Below are positions 13,798-27,534 of a stretch of DNA of 64,000 nt, one piece after another. Within the stretch, counting starts at the first letter, position 1. Each line of letters starts with the position of its first letter. The stretch is from Chrysomallon squamiferum (lineage: Eukaryota; Animalia; Mollusca). The notes beneath the pieces were generated by a model, which was given only the letters and a program-made list of their open reading frames with translations, did not search any database and was not told the origin of the DNA. The position numbers and the translations under genes are program-made. The stretch covers positions 16,430,001 to 16,494,000 of the forward strand of contig CM022670.1 in assembly GCA_012295275.1 (NCBI GenBank), read 5' to 3'.

Positions 13798-14532
13798 ATG
13801 GTTTCGCTTTCCCCAGATACAATGTCCAGTTTCAAGGAAATATGTTTACATGGTAACGTAACATTAGTAATTTTAAACGGAACGTCCATTCCTATAAATA
13901 TAACGAACTTCAATATTATGTTCAACAATAACTCGGTTAATAACGGATCGTTACCTTTGTGCAATTTTACAAAGTCAGATGGAATCAAAATAGGAAGAAC
14001 TTATGACTACGTCGGTGCCATGCAGTATATTCTTGTAACGGTAATGGTGTATTCTTTGATGGGTATTGTGTCCATGCTTCTGACGAGAATAACAAAACGC
14101 GCTAACCGCGCAAGGCGAATGAAGGAACGAATGCACGAAAACGTTGTCCAGTACATCAAGTGTGTAGGAAATCTGCGTGAGCTAGGAGAACAACAAAAAC
14201 GCCAACAAGAAGTGTTCAAAATTCGTTCGGCTCTTATACAGTACCACAGATCTAAGTCTTCTTACAACAAAGTCACGGAAACCGAACCGTGCAGCGAGTT
14301 GACAAAGACGGGGATTTCGGACGAAACGGAGTCGGACGAAACGGATTCCGACGACTGTGTTTCACCATCAGAACTGTTTATTCAGTACATTGATGATGAA
14401 AACTTACCAAAAGGCGCACGAACTGATTCAAATGGTGGAAATAAGAGCAAACTGCCTAATCAAACATGTGTTGCAATGCTACACGTCATCAGTGAGGTCT
14501 CGGAAACCGAAGAAACTAGTTTTGTTAAATGA
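13798..14532 (+). CDS. Single-exon single-pass membrane protein (244 aa from ATG 13798), KCNE-like architecture; paralog of 6792-7625
   Basis: aagATGg start; six N-terminal sequons (NVT,NGT,NIT,NNS,NGS,NFT); YDYVGAMQYILVTVMVYSLMGIVSMLL TM; basic juxtamembrane stretch, VVQYIK helix, acidic tail. Confidence 0.85.
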   Translation: MVSLSPDTMSSFKEICLHGNVTLVILNGTSIPINITNFNIMFNNNSVNNGSLPLCNFTKSDGIKIGRTYDYVGAMQYILVTVMVYSLMGIVSMLLTRITKRANRARRMKERMHENVVQYIKCVGNLRELGEQQKRQQEVFKIRSALIQYHRSKSSYNKVTETEPCSELTKTGISDETESDETDSDDCVSPSELFIQYIDDENLPKGARTDSNGGNKSKLPNQTCVAMLHVISEVSETEETSFVK

Positions 14533-14870
14533 ATATCAGTGCTGTAGTTTGGAGGTTTCAAATAAAGGGGGTAATTAAAATAATTTATTTAAAGGGTTAA
14601 AGGTTGCTATCAAATAGACATGAAGAATCTCGTCTCATGACTTGGTCTTCTTAAGGAATAAACATGACTAGAATATCATATTTTATATGTTTTTAGATGC
14701 AAGACAATGAAAATCACACAGCTAGTCATGATCCAGAACAAACAATTCTATAATTATATATGTGGATAAAAAAGTATTAACATCTAGATAAACGTATCAT
14801 ATATAAACAATCAGTTATTTTGTAGAATATATATAATTATTCCGTTATAATGTTGAACTGGTTTTATGTT

Positions 14871-14901
<31 letters not shown>

Positions 14902-14952
14902 TTAAAAACAATTAAGACATTTCAAATCTAATGGCCTAGTTCTTGAAAGAAA

Positions 14953-14999
<47 letters not shown>

Positions 15000-17900
15000 A
15001 AATAATTACACACACTCTTTCTGTAGTGTCGTTCTGAACTTAAGCAACAGATATTCCACTCAAAGGGTGATATAGAGGTTGGACTATTCATTCATGAAAA
15101 CTTTTAAAGAATTCAAATAACTTTTAAAGTGCATCAAACAGCTCTTCGAAGAAATGAAATATCAAATGATTAATATTGTAAATAACAGAAGCGTCTTTTC
15201 CAACGTTACGCAGATTATTTACTTTATATTACCCGTTAACAAATAATTTTTTTTTCTCTATGAAGCATGAACATATAAGGAAATAACAACATATAGAATG
15301 AAAACAAACTTTTATAGTCTCTCTCGCAATAATACTCTGTACACTCAGTATATTAGTGAGGTGACAATCGGATTCAAATCATCAGTCCGTGACTATAACA
15401 TACAATGTTTTGTAGATACGTGTTTGATCTAATTATACTAACTTACAAACAAGACGAATCACGCTCAAGTTCATAAATAGACTCTTATTTCATTTACTGG
15501 AGGGTGGATTTTCATTATTATACTTGGTATTGTACATTGATGTGTAAAATCTCAGTAAGATATTGTAAATGTATTTTACCTTTCTTGTCAGTATTACATT
15601 GCTTACTTGAAAGCAGTTACCTTTACGAGTGTCGAGAAGATTAATTCTGTATAAAAATTACGTAGATTTACAGTTATGTTTGTATTCTCTTCGGAATGTA
15701 GTCGTCGGAAACTGAGTGTTCAGAAATTGTTCTTAATACAGTACAAAGATTCAAATTTAATTTTTATCATTAAAATTTAGTATAAATTTTGATTTTCTTT
15801 TTAAATAACACACATATTCTGTTTTATCTATTTGCTGTGAAGAATTTTGTTTCTAAAAATTGTATTAAAAAACAAAAAGAATAAAAAGAAAGAAAGATGA
15901 ATTTGACATTTTGTAAATTAATTACTTGGTGATGCATATACGTTTCAGATTTCTAATGACATTAATATATGTTTTTATTATCAATAATTCATGTATGATT
16001 GTGTGTTCAAATACTGCCTTTGTTTATTTTTATTTGTATTTTATAAACGCCCAGACAACAAATAATAAATTAATTAAGTTTATTAATAAATCGCATTGTT
16101 TTACCTCCATTGATACAAATACGAAGATAAAGTTCTAAATATAAACATTATTAAGTCAAATAAAAGCATTTATACAAATATATATTTTGTTTAGAATTAT
16201 ATACCACATTTTGTACCTTTTCTGAAAAGAGGAATAAAACACTTATTTATATAAATATTTACTTATAACCTACATCAGTATTTAGAAAGACAAAACTGAT
16301 GTCGTTAAATAAAATGGGCCTCTTACATTTATCGACAGTTCTTTGAAACACAAGTCAAGTATGTTCTGTGCACGAAATTAATTCGTCCAGAGGATGACAA
16401 GACGTTAGAAAATGTGGCCATTTTGGATATATGTATGAAGAAACTATTCAAGTCGATTATAATTTCTTCATATTCAGCTGTATTTCCACTAAAATGAGTT
16501 CAACACAGAATCCTTTATCAAATCGTTAAGAAACTGTTTTAGTGAAAACAAAAAGAGAATCAGGTTTAGATACAACGACGAGATGGAAGAGATTATACCG
16601 AAATAAGATAGCTGCAGATGTAACGTCATTCCCTCTTCTGCCCGTAGATGAAGTGTAGATATTTCAAACTTAAAACATCTGTAGACTTATTTACTTCTTG
16701 CACCAACATTTTAACTATTAATTATTTATTTCATTTCCCCCCCCCCAATTTTTTCGTCCCTGCTAAATTATGAAAAAAAATGGATTTATGATTCCTATCA
16801 AACTTAAGTCCGGTTATTTATTTATTTATTTTTATTTTTATTTTTATTTTTATTTTTATTTTTATTTTTATTTTTATTTTTTAAAGTATTATATTTTTTT
16901 TATTATGAGTATCAAAGGTGTTTGTTTTCAATTAGACAAATATGTTTTGTAAATATCCATGCCTTTGTGGATAATATAGAGCTGAAAATAATGAACACGT
17001 CGCTCGATACTTTTCACGTATGACAATATTTCCCTAACTTCATAACTAACTGTCTCAACTGTTTATAACTCTTAGTAAACAAAAGATATGGAATCTGTTG
17101 TTGATAGATAACTGTATCATTATTCTTTTTAACATTGTAGTGATATCACTGGCGAGATTTCAAAATATGTTATTCTGTTTAAAATATGAAGTTACATATC
17201 TAATTAGTCATTAGTTTGAAACTTTAAGCTTATTTACATTAGTCTTCTACATGAATCTAAGGAATATAAGAAATATTCTAAATTGAATAAAGGTCTTGTA
17301 ATATAATGCTTTAAAATTGTAAGATTTTAACGCATATCAGTAGTAAATGTAGAATTAGCCGAGTTGTCTGTAAAGCAAACAAAGTAAATAAAAACTAAAA
17401 ATATATTCATTTAATAAACATTGAAAGCCAAGGTCAAGGACAATATTTTTATTTTTATTTTATTTTTACTTGTTTTTAATTTTTTTTATTAAAATACTTC
17501 TATGTAGACTGAAGAGTTATAGGTTAATAAGAAAACAATCGTCACGGTAATTTAACACTGGTCTATCTACATGTCTGTTCCACTTTCTGCAAGGACTTCA
17601 GCACAGTGCCACGACACCAGTACACAGCTTTCCGTCATCCCGCGTGTAAGTACGTCATTTCTCCTCGTTCCATTCTCTTTGTCTCGTCTCACTGACATGT
17701 TTTATTAGGTGTGGCGATGCTTTCTATTTCATATCATTTATTTTTCACGAGCATATAAAATGGACACACAAATATACTTTCTGTCTTATGCAATAAATTA
17801 ACCCAATTTTATGGATTTTTTTCTTTATTTTCTTTACTTTTTTTCATTTAATACAAAGGAAAATGATTTAGTGAAATAAAAGCATTTATGCTAATAATAG

Positions 17901-18137
17901 ATTTTTGGACAAGTATATATTATTTTACTTATTTTTCTGAAAAGAGAAATATGATGAGTTTTTTATATTAATGTTTGTTTAATTACTTGATAACGTTATA
18001 TTTTATTACGATTATTCAACTGTTATATTTCATCTCCATCTAACTTCCAATTTGTAATTACGTAAAACGCACTTTGATAAATCGTAAACTATGCTAACAC
18101 TACTGTTATTTAATTTATGATTAGAAGTATAAAATAT

Positions 18138-18190
<53 letters not shown>

Positions 18191-20626
18191 CAGATGTTAA
18201 GATTCTTATTAATGAAGCGATTTTATAAACATATAAAACTATATAATATTTAACATGATATATAGCTATATTATTATATAAAAACTGTAGCCATATGATG
18301 TAGCGTTATGCAGAAACTCTGCTGATAAACAAACAAAACTAACACACATATCTCGTCTGACTGCATTAATTCAAGTAGGTCAACAAACCACGATAAACCT
18401 GCATATCAAAAAAAAAAAAAAAAAAAAAACTATTGTGAGAGACCTGACCCGTTTCTACGATTAAACCCACCCCAGACCCTCACAAACAGCACCATGCTGG
18501 GTACACCTACCGATGTATCGGTGTCTGACGTTTTGCTTCAAGAAAAAAAATATCAAACAGTTCTTTTAACAGCACGATTTCAAGTTTGTCAACGCTATAA
18601 ACCTACATTCGATGGCGAGTAGCACTGAGCTGTTCATTAATGGCAGTGAGACAGGTATTGTGTGACCTAGTACATACGTCACTACTATGATCTACTTACA
18701 GGTGAACTGTTAAGAGGTAGGCCACCCGATTGCGTGAGCTTTACTGTACAAGTGTAACCATAAGGGAAAGTTCGTTGTTAATGTAAGTAAAGTTGTTTTT
18801 TTATTAATGAAACTAAATCTGTGTAATGTATGTACCGCGATAAAAAAAAAAAACATCTCTATTAGTTTCTGTCATTTAACCAACTGAGGATAGGGTTAAA
18901 AGTCGCTAACAATGCAGTTTTATGGTTGAAAGATCACACATATTAAATTTGTGAGGTATTTTCCTCTTTTATTGTTATTTTCTAATGTTGATATTTTGAA
19001 AGTAAGAATTACTGTGTTACTAATTCTTTACTTTTAAAAAATGTATAATATCGCTCTAAATTCAAACACACGCAGACACATATCCTAATTTGCACATGTA
19101 AGCACTTGCGTTTCATCATACTACTGATTTTTTTTTTTTTTTTTTTTTTTTTGAAACTAAAGGCCCTAATACATTTATATTTGTATCAAAATCAAATTCT
19201 TTATATTTTATTGTGATAATGTATCACAGTAAAATTAAATATAACTCTATATATCTATTATTATATATATAATGTATTTGTGGGTATTGGTATGCCTTTC
19301 TATATACGCTTAAGATATAATAATTGTTCACAGAAAAAAAAAAAGAATTTAAAATAAGTTTATTATCAACCTTATCTCATAAAATAATGTATGTATAGCA
19401 ATGATTCGACGTCGGAATTTTTTTTTTTCTGACTCAGATGATACAAATGATGACTAGACTAATTTTATCTGATATTTCTTTGGTAGACTGATATTCGAGT
19501 AACATTACTTATTGGAGCGTACGTTGACTTTGATATATTTTTTTATTATTATTTTTTATTTTTTTAAATTCTTTTTAAAACAAAAACATAAAAAATACTG
19601 TTGACATCGGGAAATCCGAACCAAATCTTGAAAAAAAAAAAATAAATAAAAATAATTTGAACTTACCGCCATTTCCCACTCGTATTATTAAGTTATTCTG
19701 AGTCCCACTTTACAATCATGGCAACCTTCTCTTAACCAACTTTCCATCGAGGTAAGAGTAAATTTTATAACTGCACCCACAACTATCCTAACATAACAAA
19801 TTTCACCCAGCTTGGCATGCGTTTTTCTACCGTACATTTTTCTTTATATGCACACTCTGACAATATTTTTTGCTTACGTAGCTTTTATGTCTGTATATTG
19901 TTCTTACATTATTATATTACAGTATTATATAGCTGTTGCGACTATTAAAGTTTAATGTTTCGGTACATTTTGGGGTTAATGTTTACATTTTCTGGATCGG
20001 TGCTCTCCCGCTATTAACCCGCGAAATCGAGGGTCAGCAGTAGACAGTTCACCCCCCCACACACCGAGAAATCCCAGATAAATAAATAAATAAATAAATA
20101 AATAAAAGTACAAAACAACAACAATAAAAGAACCCGTGTGTGTGTGTGTGTTAAAAACGTTCCGAAATTATTAACACGAATTCCGTTATAATTCGTTTAA
20201 GAATTATTAAAATATTAAAAAAAAAAAAAAAAAAAAAAGAAGAAGAAAAAAAACCCCAAACAAACAAACAAAAAAACAAAACAACAGAAAGAAAATGAAA
20301 AAGGAAATCTGTTATTAACAAAATCAAGTACTTTTTTCTTTCATTTTTATTATTATTATTATGTTTTTTTAAACCATTCGGATATATACTTTGCTGCTAA
20401 TCTGTAAACAATATTTAGAAATGATACTGTTCGAAAGTTACCCAAATTAAAAAAAATTAATTTTTTTTTTTTTTCGTTTTTTTTTTTAAATATCTTCATT
20501 TCGTTTTTAGGTATATAACATATAACTTCTATAACTAACGTGCAATTATTTAATATTTTTCTACAGCAGGTTATAAAAAGATTCTGGATAAATGTTCCAC
20601 CATTAGGCATTAGGCAGATCTAACAC

Positions 20627-22193
20627 ATGGGTTCCTCAAAGGAATGCGACGCGCGGGGCATAACCTTGGAAGAAGAAAGACATCATCTCGAAATTAAATC
20701 AGAAAGCAGACTGAAAATTTTGTTTCAAGGGTAAACATTTTATTAATATACATTACGTACGAATGTGGAGCGCATACACGCACATAAACACATTTAACAC
20801 AATGCAAACGTACTTACATATATTCATACATACAGATCTACATAGAACGCATACAAGCACACTTACATACAAATGTATTTACATGCAAACATATATATAC
20901 ATAGATACACAGGCATATACACATACATGATCACTGATACACATGCACATACATACATATACATACGCACATACACATACACACAAATATAAACATAATT
21001 ATGCACGTATAAACAGTTATATCAACATACGTACGTACGCACACACGACTCAACGGAAGAAAAATAGTTCGATACTAAGTTCTCAATTATCTACCTCTTC
21101 CTTCGATAATTCTAAACTTTTTTTTTTTTTATTCGTCACATTTTATACAATGATTCTTTGGAAACGGTATACAGATATTTATTTACTAGATAGATTTTAA
21201 ATTACTGGAGTACAAAGTTCATACTGTTTTTTTTTGCAGACCATTTCTTCAACATAGCCGGCTAGTTTATTGTGCAGATGTTCTCAAAGGAGATAACTCT
21301 TGGTGTCCGACCACTGACCGTTTTTGGCCGATCTCACCACAACGAGGCGGCCAGGACAAACTAACCGATGCTGTGGCAATCTTTCTGTGGATAATTTTTA
21401 TCGTCTTCCCAACTGTCGCCATACCGGTAAGTCGCAGTTAATTGTTGTTATTTATTTATTTATTTATTTATTCATTCATTCATTCATTCATTCATCATAT
21501 TTTATTTTAAATGTATTCATCATCATGATCATCATCATCATTTATTTATTTATATATAATTATGATGTTGATTATTATTATTATTATTATTATATTTGTT
21601 ATCGTTGTTGTTATTATTACTATTATATATTTTTATTATTGTTATCATTATTAATTATTATTATTATATAATTAATTATTACTATGATTATTATTATTAT
21701 TATTATTATCATTATTTATTTATTTATTTATTATTTTTGGAATGGCTAATTTAAATTTTTGAAGTCTGAGTTTGTGAAACAATTCATAGAATCCGTAGAT
21801 AATAATTTATGCAGTGAATAATAAGTTGAATCTGTTTTAATGTCAATAGACATGTTTAATATATTATTTATCATGATTTTATTATTTCTTAAACGATGTA
21901 GTTTTATTTTACGACATATTTAATAAATTATTGATCTTGATTTTCATAATTTTTAAACTATATTCTTCCATTTCACAAATATTTAGTAAATAATTTATTT
22001 AATTTTTTTTTTTTTTTTTAAATGATCATGTTTGATTTTACACTATTTTAAACAAAGTGTTAATAATCATATTTTTAATTTTTAAATGATACTGTTTAAT
22101 TTAGCATATAATCAATAAACTATTCATCATGATGTTCTTATTTCTTAAACGATATTGGTATTGGTATTCTTCGTCTTCTTCTTCTTCTTCTTT

Positions 22194-22277
<84 letters not shown>

Positions 22278-23697
22278 TACGTTTCTTGTGTTTTAAACGA
22301 TTATCTGAGAAATTCCAAAGTTAGGCTGTTATTATTTCAGATTGGCTCTTGTTTCCGCAACATCTGTAACGTAGTGAATGCTGTTACTCTTAGTCTGGTA
22401 GTGATTTACTTTTGATTTGTTTTTACATCATCATCAAGAACAACAAAAAATTCCGCAGGCAGTGGTTCATAATAAAGGTTTGTGTACTCTTAAAATGAAA
22501 AGTAAATAAACCAAATTGTTTGTTTAGCACATCACTGATGATACATTTGTTGTCACTGACTGAGAGAAAAATAAAAATAAAAACATGATACGCCATTATA
22601 ACGAAGAACGACGTAAAAAATACGTGATTTAATATATAAAATGTATATCTATTTTTACTAATAACAATGAAGAAGTTGATGATGGTAATGATAATGATGA
22701 ACATGATTTGATAATGATGATGATGATGATGATAATAATAATAATTACAATAATAATCATTATAATAATCGCTATAATAATCATCATCATCATCATCATC
22801 AACGTCATCATAATAATTTTGACCTTACTATCTAATAAAGCCTTTAATTAAGTTCACAAGTATCTTTGTGTGTTTTTAAGAAAACGTAACATTACTTTCA
22901 GAGTGACGATCAAACGTGTAACTGCAATGAGAATCAAGTAACGTTTGTAACACGGGAGGTTTTGAACAATTTGTCTTTCCTGTCTTTACGAGAGAAACGA
23001 GAACTGGATCTAAAACTGGCCCAGAATCCAAGTAAATATATATATCTGTTTTACTTTTTAGTTAAAAAAACGTTACAAGTAAACGTATTGTTTATGAATA
23101 TGTAACTACATACATGCGCACGCACATATAACTAGTAAGATCTTATGTTAATAAGAAAAAACGAACAACAGTTGTTTTTAATTGATTAATCTCAGTTATT
23201 TGTTCTTACAGAAATAATAAAACTGAAAAAGTAATATTTGAAATAAAACTGAACCTAAAAAATTTCAGATAAAGGTGAACATAAAATATGTCAGATAAAT
23301 TGAAGATAATTATGGGTTAGTTAAAGTAAATATATTTCAAATAAAGTTTAACATAAAAAGTGATATTTCAGATAAAGTTTAACAAAAGATGTAATAATAT
23401 GTCAGATAAACTTTAATAAAAGATGTAATAATATTTCGGATAAAGTTTAACAAAATGTACAGATATTTCGGATAAACTTTATATAATGCTTCAGATAAAC
23501 TTTTTCTAATGCTTCAGATGAAGTTTAAATTTAAATGTAATAATATTTCAGACAAAGTTGCAGTTTTAATGGTGTGTAGCCGGTCTTTCTGGAAGTGTCG
23601 CATACTTGACCCTATTCTCTGCTTGGTTGCGTTAATTCTGATTTACACGACTGCAGTCATCATCCAACTCGAAATGTTAGAAATGTCGTCCTTGTGA
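20627..23697 (+). CDS. Putative 4-exon orphan membrane protein (~188 aa): exons 20627-20730, 21240-21426, 22902-23031, 23552-23697
   Basis: Four GC-richer islands with GT/AG boundaries join in frame (phases 2,0,1) without stops: MGSSKECDARG...DAVAIFLWIIFIVFPTVAIP-SDDQTCNCNEN...LREKRE...ILDPILCLVALILIYTTAVIIQL...SSL*; last exon least certain; no recognisable domain. Confidence 0.5.
23262..23560. repeat. Degenerate minisatellite, ~30-35 bp unit (aatatttcagataaagtttaacaaaagatgtaat)
   Basis: Recurring tcagataaa(g/c)ttt cores. Confidence 0.75.
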
Positions 23698-23700
23698 ACG

Positions 23701-23725
23701 TCATGTGATTAATCACGTGACGTCA
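23701..23725. promoter_or_regulatory. Clustered bHLH/bZIP sites: TCATGTGA plus overlapping CACGTG E-box and perfect CRE TGACGTCA
   Basis: tcatgtgattaatcacgtgacgtca read directly; function inferred. Confidence 0.45.
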
Positions 23726-24638
23726 CCGTTCAGTGTTTTATAAAACAAGTCAGAAAAAACGTCTCTTTTTCACCTACCTCTTCTAAACGTTTGTTGCAGT
23801 ATTGAAACCCTCACAAAGAAAACAGCGTGGAACGAAAACGACTGTGACTTTGATGGGAAACAAAACATTAGATAACAAAAGAAGATTTCAGATGAAAAGG
23901 AATTTGATTATCTGTTTCCCATGCATTTTTTTTAGCTTCGTATCACATTAAGAATAGCCATTTCGTTTTAATACAAAATATATATATATTTTTTTATGAA
24001 ATATGTTGTAATAGTTTGCTAGATCCGTTTGTACAGAAGAAAGCTATTTAGTTTTAGTACAATAAAATGTATAATAATAATAATAATAATAATAATAACA
24101 TCAACAACAACAGCAACAACAACAACAACTACAATATTATTATTATTATTATTACTATATGGTCAAAGCATTACAAAAATATTATAGAAATATTTATTTT
24201 TTTATTATTATTGTTATAATTATATTTTCAAATGAAACTCATTAAAGAGACTTGTATGCAAATTGCATTACGAAGGTGGCTAATTAATGTACATACTGAT
24301 AACACAAAAAAAAGCCACCCTTACATCAAAGGTTCAAGGACTGTTGTCTCCCACTCGTTACGCTATCAGTGTAAGTAAGTACAGATAGAGAGGCCTTCTT
24401 AGATAATTTAGTTCTGGTACTGGCCTTGAAATATACTGACCATGTTGTATGTGATATCTATGCTGTAAGTTGAAATGTACCTAAGCGATATAAGTAGAGC
24501 TACTGACTTTAATCTGTTATTAATATGTAAACAAACACACAGAGACATACAGGCGTACAGACATATATATATATAAACATTCACAGAGACATACAAATAG
24601 GCATACACAAGTCAGTATATAGATATTATTATATGACT

Positions 24639-24736
<98 letters not shown>

Positions 24737-25215
24737 GCCAACATAGATACACATAAACTGTATATTAAAAAGTTAATGCCGAAAGATTTGTTTTATAAGT
24801 CATATATGTTTAGTCATTAGTAAATATTTGTTTATATTTTCAGTCTCTCACTACATAAACAGGAATAATACCAAGGTGACGGAGACGATAATGTAATTAA
24901 TGTATTAAATATTAAGCGCACAGACTATTATAAAATACATGTTTAGTTATATATTACAGTTACTGAAAGTTATAATACATAAAATGTGTGTTAATGAACT
25001 GTTCCTATTTCAGTTATTGAATGTTCTAGTCCTCACGTATCAGGGACGTATTATCATTATTCTTGCCATGGTAATCATTATCATCATCATCATTATTATT
25101 ATTGTTGTCATCATTATCATAATATTATTATCATCATCATTATCATCATGATGCTATTATTATTATTATTTTTGTTGTTATTATCAATATCATACTATTA
25201 TTATTATTATTATTA

Positions 25216-25285
<70 letters not shown>

Positions 25286-26917
25286 GGTGTTTTAAAAGAA
25301 CTGTTTTTCGTTTTATATTTATTTTTTATTATTGTTATTCTTCCTAATATCTGTTGAAAACTGAAGTGTCGTCCTGATAATTGTTTTGTTTTATCATCAA
25401 AATGAATTAAAAATTATTTTTTACTATTATTCTGTCTTGTTGTCAAAAAGCCACTCTCTCTCTCTGATCTCATGACTTACTTTATAATAATTACTTCTAA
25501 ATACGAACTAAAAGCGCAAAATCATAATTATTACAGCTTCGACAAACGCATTCAAAACACTTAACAATTAAAAAAAAAAATAAATCCACCAAAAGACAAC
25601 AACAACACACCCACATACACACAATAAATAAATAAATAAATAAATAAGTGAAAAATAAAAAATGAATAAATAAATTGTACAAAATAATGATAATAATATA
25701 GAAACAAACAAACAAGTAAAAATAAGTAGAAATAAAATAATTAGCATTCAGTGGAGATTGAACAATCGTGTTATGTATAATGACTTGTACGAACTTATTG
25801 CAAACTTTACAATTTATACTATCTTCATGCAGCTCTTAATATCCATATTAATCCATATTAATATTTTATTTTGTAACAAAAGAAATTATGAAGATAACCT
25901 TTTCAAGATTTCTTTAGAATTATTTTATTTATTTATTTTTATTGTTTCAGTTCACTCTTTTAGACTATACAAAATTTAATTTCTTTCTTGCTATTAAAAT
26001 CGAAAGATTTTTGATGATTTGTAATAAATTCACTTCAGTTCTACTTGCGTAAGAATTTATAATAAATTATATACATAATAATAATAATAATTATTTTATT
26101 TTTTTGATACAAAGAAGTTTATAAATGATTTTATATTTAAACCACTCATTAATTTTAACGCAAACTTCACAGAGTATAAATCAGTAAACCATTTAACATT
26201 ACTTAACTTGTAACTTATCAGTATTATTCTGATACGAATTTATTAAAATATCAGATAGCTGATATTTTACTCAAACATGAAGCACATGAAATGTTTTCTG
26301 AGAATATCTTCATAAAAAGACCCGGGATCAAAAAGCGCGCTGAAAATGCGGAAGGTCGATATGTGACGTAACAAATTTGACCTTGGACCTCTGTGTGCGG
26401 CCTAAAAGTTTCCGGGAAGATATTTTCCAAAAGGTCCATACTCATTTGTTTCTTACAGACGTTTGGTGATTCATTATATATATTAGCTGTAACTAATATA
26501 GTGGAAAAAAAATATATGATTTTTGTAATATTATTAAAAGTTGTAGTTCTCGTTTTGTCGGTCCTTTCTAATTAATTAGATAAATTCCATTATTCAATAC
26601 CAATAAAATAGTAAAATCAGCTTATAGTTGTTTAATACTAAAACACTGTACATCTGTGAAAAATTCACATCACGTGCTGTCAGTGTGATTGTCAGTAGCA
26701 ACCACAATCGCTACAGCCTGAACTGCATCGTGGCCGAGGTAGCTATGTCAAACCAAGCTATCTCTCAGATAACGTATCCAAGAAATCCGGATCTAAATGG
26801 AGTTTATGTAACAATTCTACAGACGACAAACCAGCAAATCTTATCAAAGAAGAATAGCTACTTGTAGCTGGAGGTCGGGTCACAGTTTTCATTTGAAATT
26901 CTGGACGGTGTTTGTGT

Positions 26918-27255
26918 AGTGTTGTTTTAAACAGATCGTATACGGTGTTGTGTTAAACAGTTCGCACAGTGTTCATACAGTTCATACAGTGATGTTTTAA
27001 ATAGATCGTACAATGTTGTGTTAAACAGTTCATACAGTGTTGTTTTAAACAGTTCTACAGTGTTGTTTTAAACAGTTCATACAGTGTTGTTTTAAACAGT
27101 TCATTGTTATGTTAAACAGTTCATAGAGTGTGTTTTAAACAGTTCATACAATGTTGTTTTAAACAGTTCTACAGTGTTGTTTTAAACAGTTCATTGTTGT
27201 TTTAAACAGTTCATACAGTGGTGTTTTAAACAGTTTATATACTGTGTTTTAAATG
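26918..27255. repeat. Tandem repeat, ~24 bp unit (tgttgttttaaacagttcatacag)
   Basis: About a dozen adjacent recognisable copies. Confidence 0.9.
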
Positions 27256-27411
27256 GGATGTTATGGCGTTGTTTCACGGAGGCTACATTCAGGTATGTAT
27301 ATTTTAGACTGAAGAACTTACTATTCTTAATGTTAGAAAATGGCTTTCGGTTTTTATCTAATCTTCTAATGTATATCCTGTTTACATTTTATTTGTCTGA
27401 CATATTACAAT

Positions 27412-27454
<43 letters not shown>

Positions 27455-27461
27455 GAGGGAG

Positions 27462-27534
<73 letters not shown>

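Noticed and set aside
18640-18690. TGGCAGTG (miR-34-like seed) in a weak hairpin
   Set aside because: The rest does not match miR-34 and the stem has a large central internal loop
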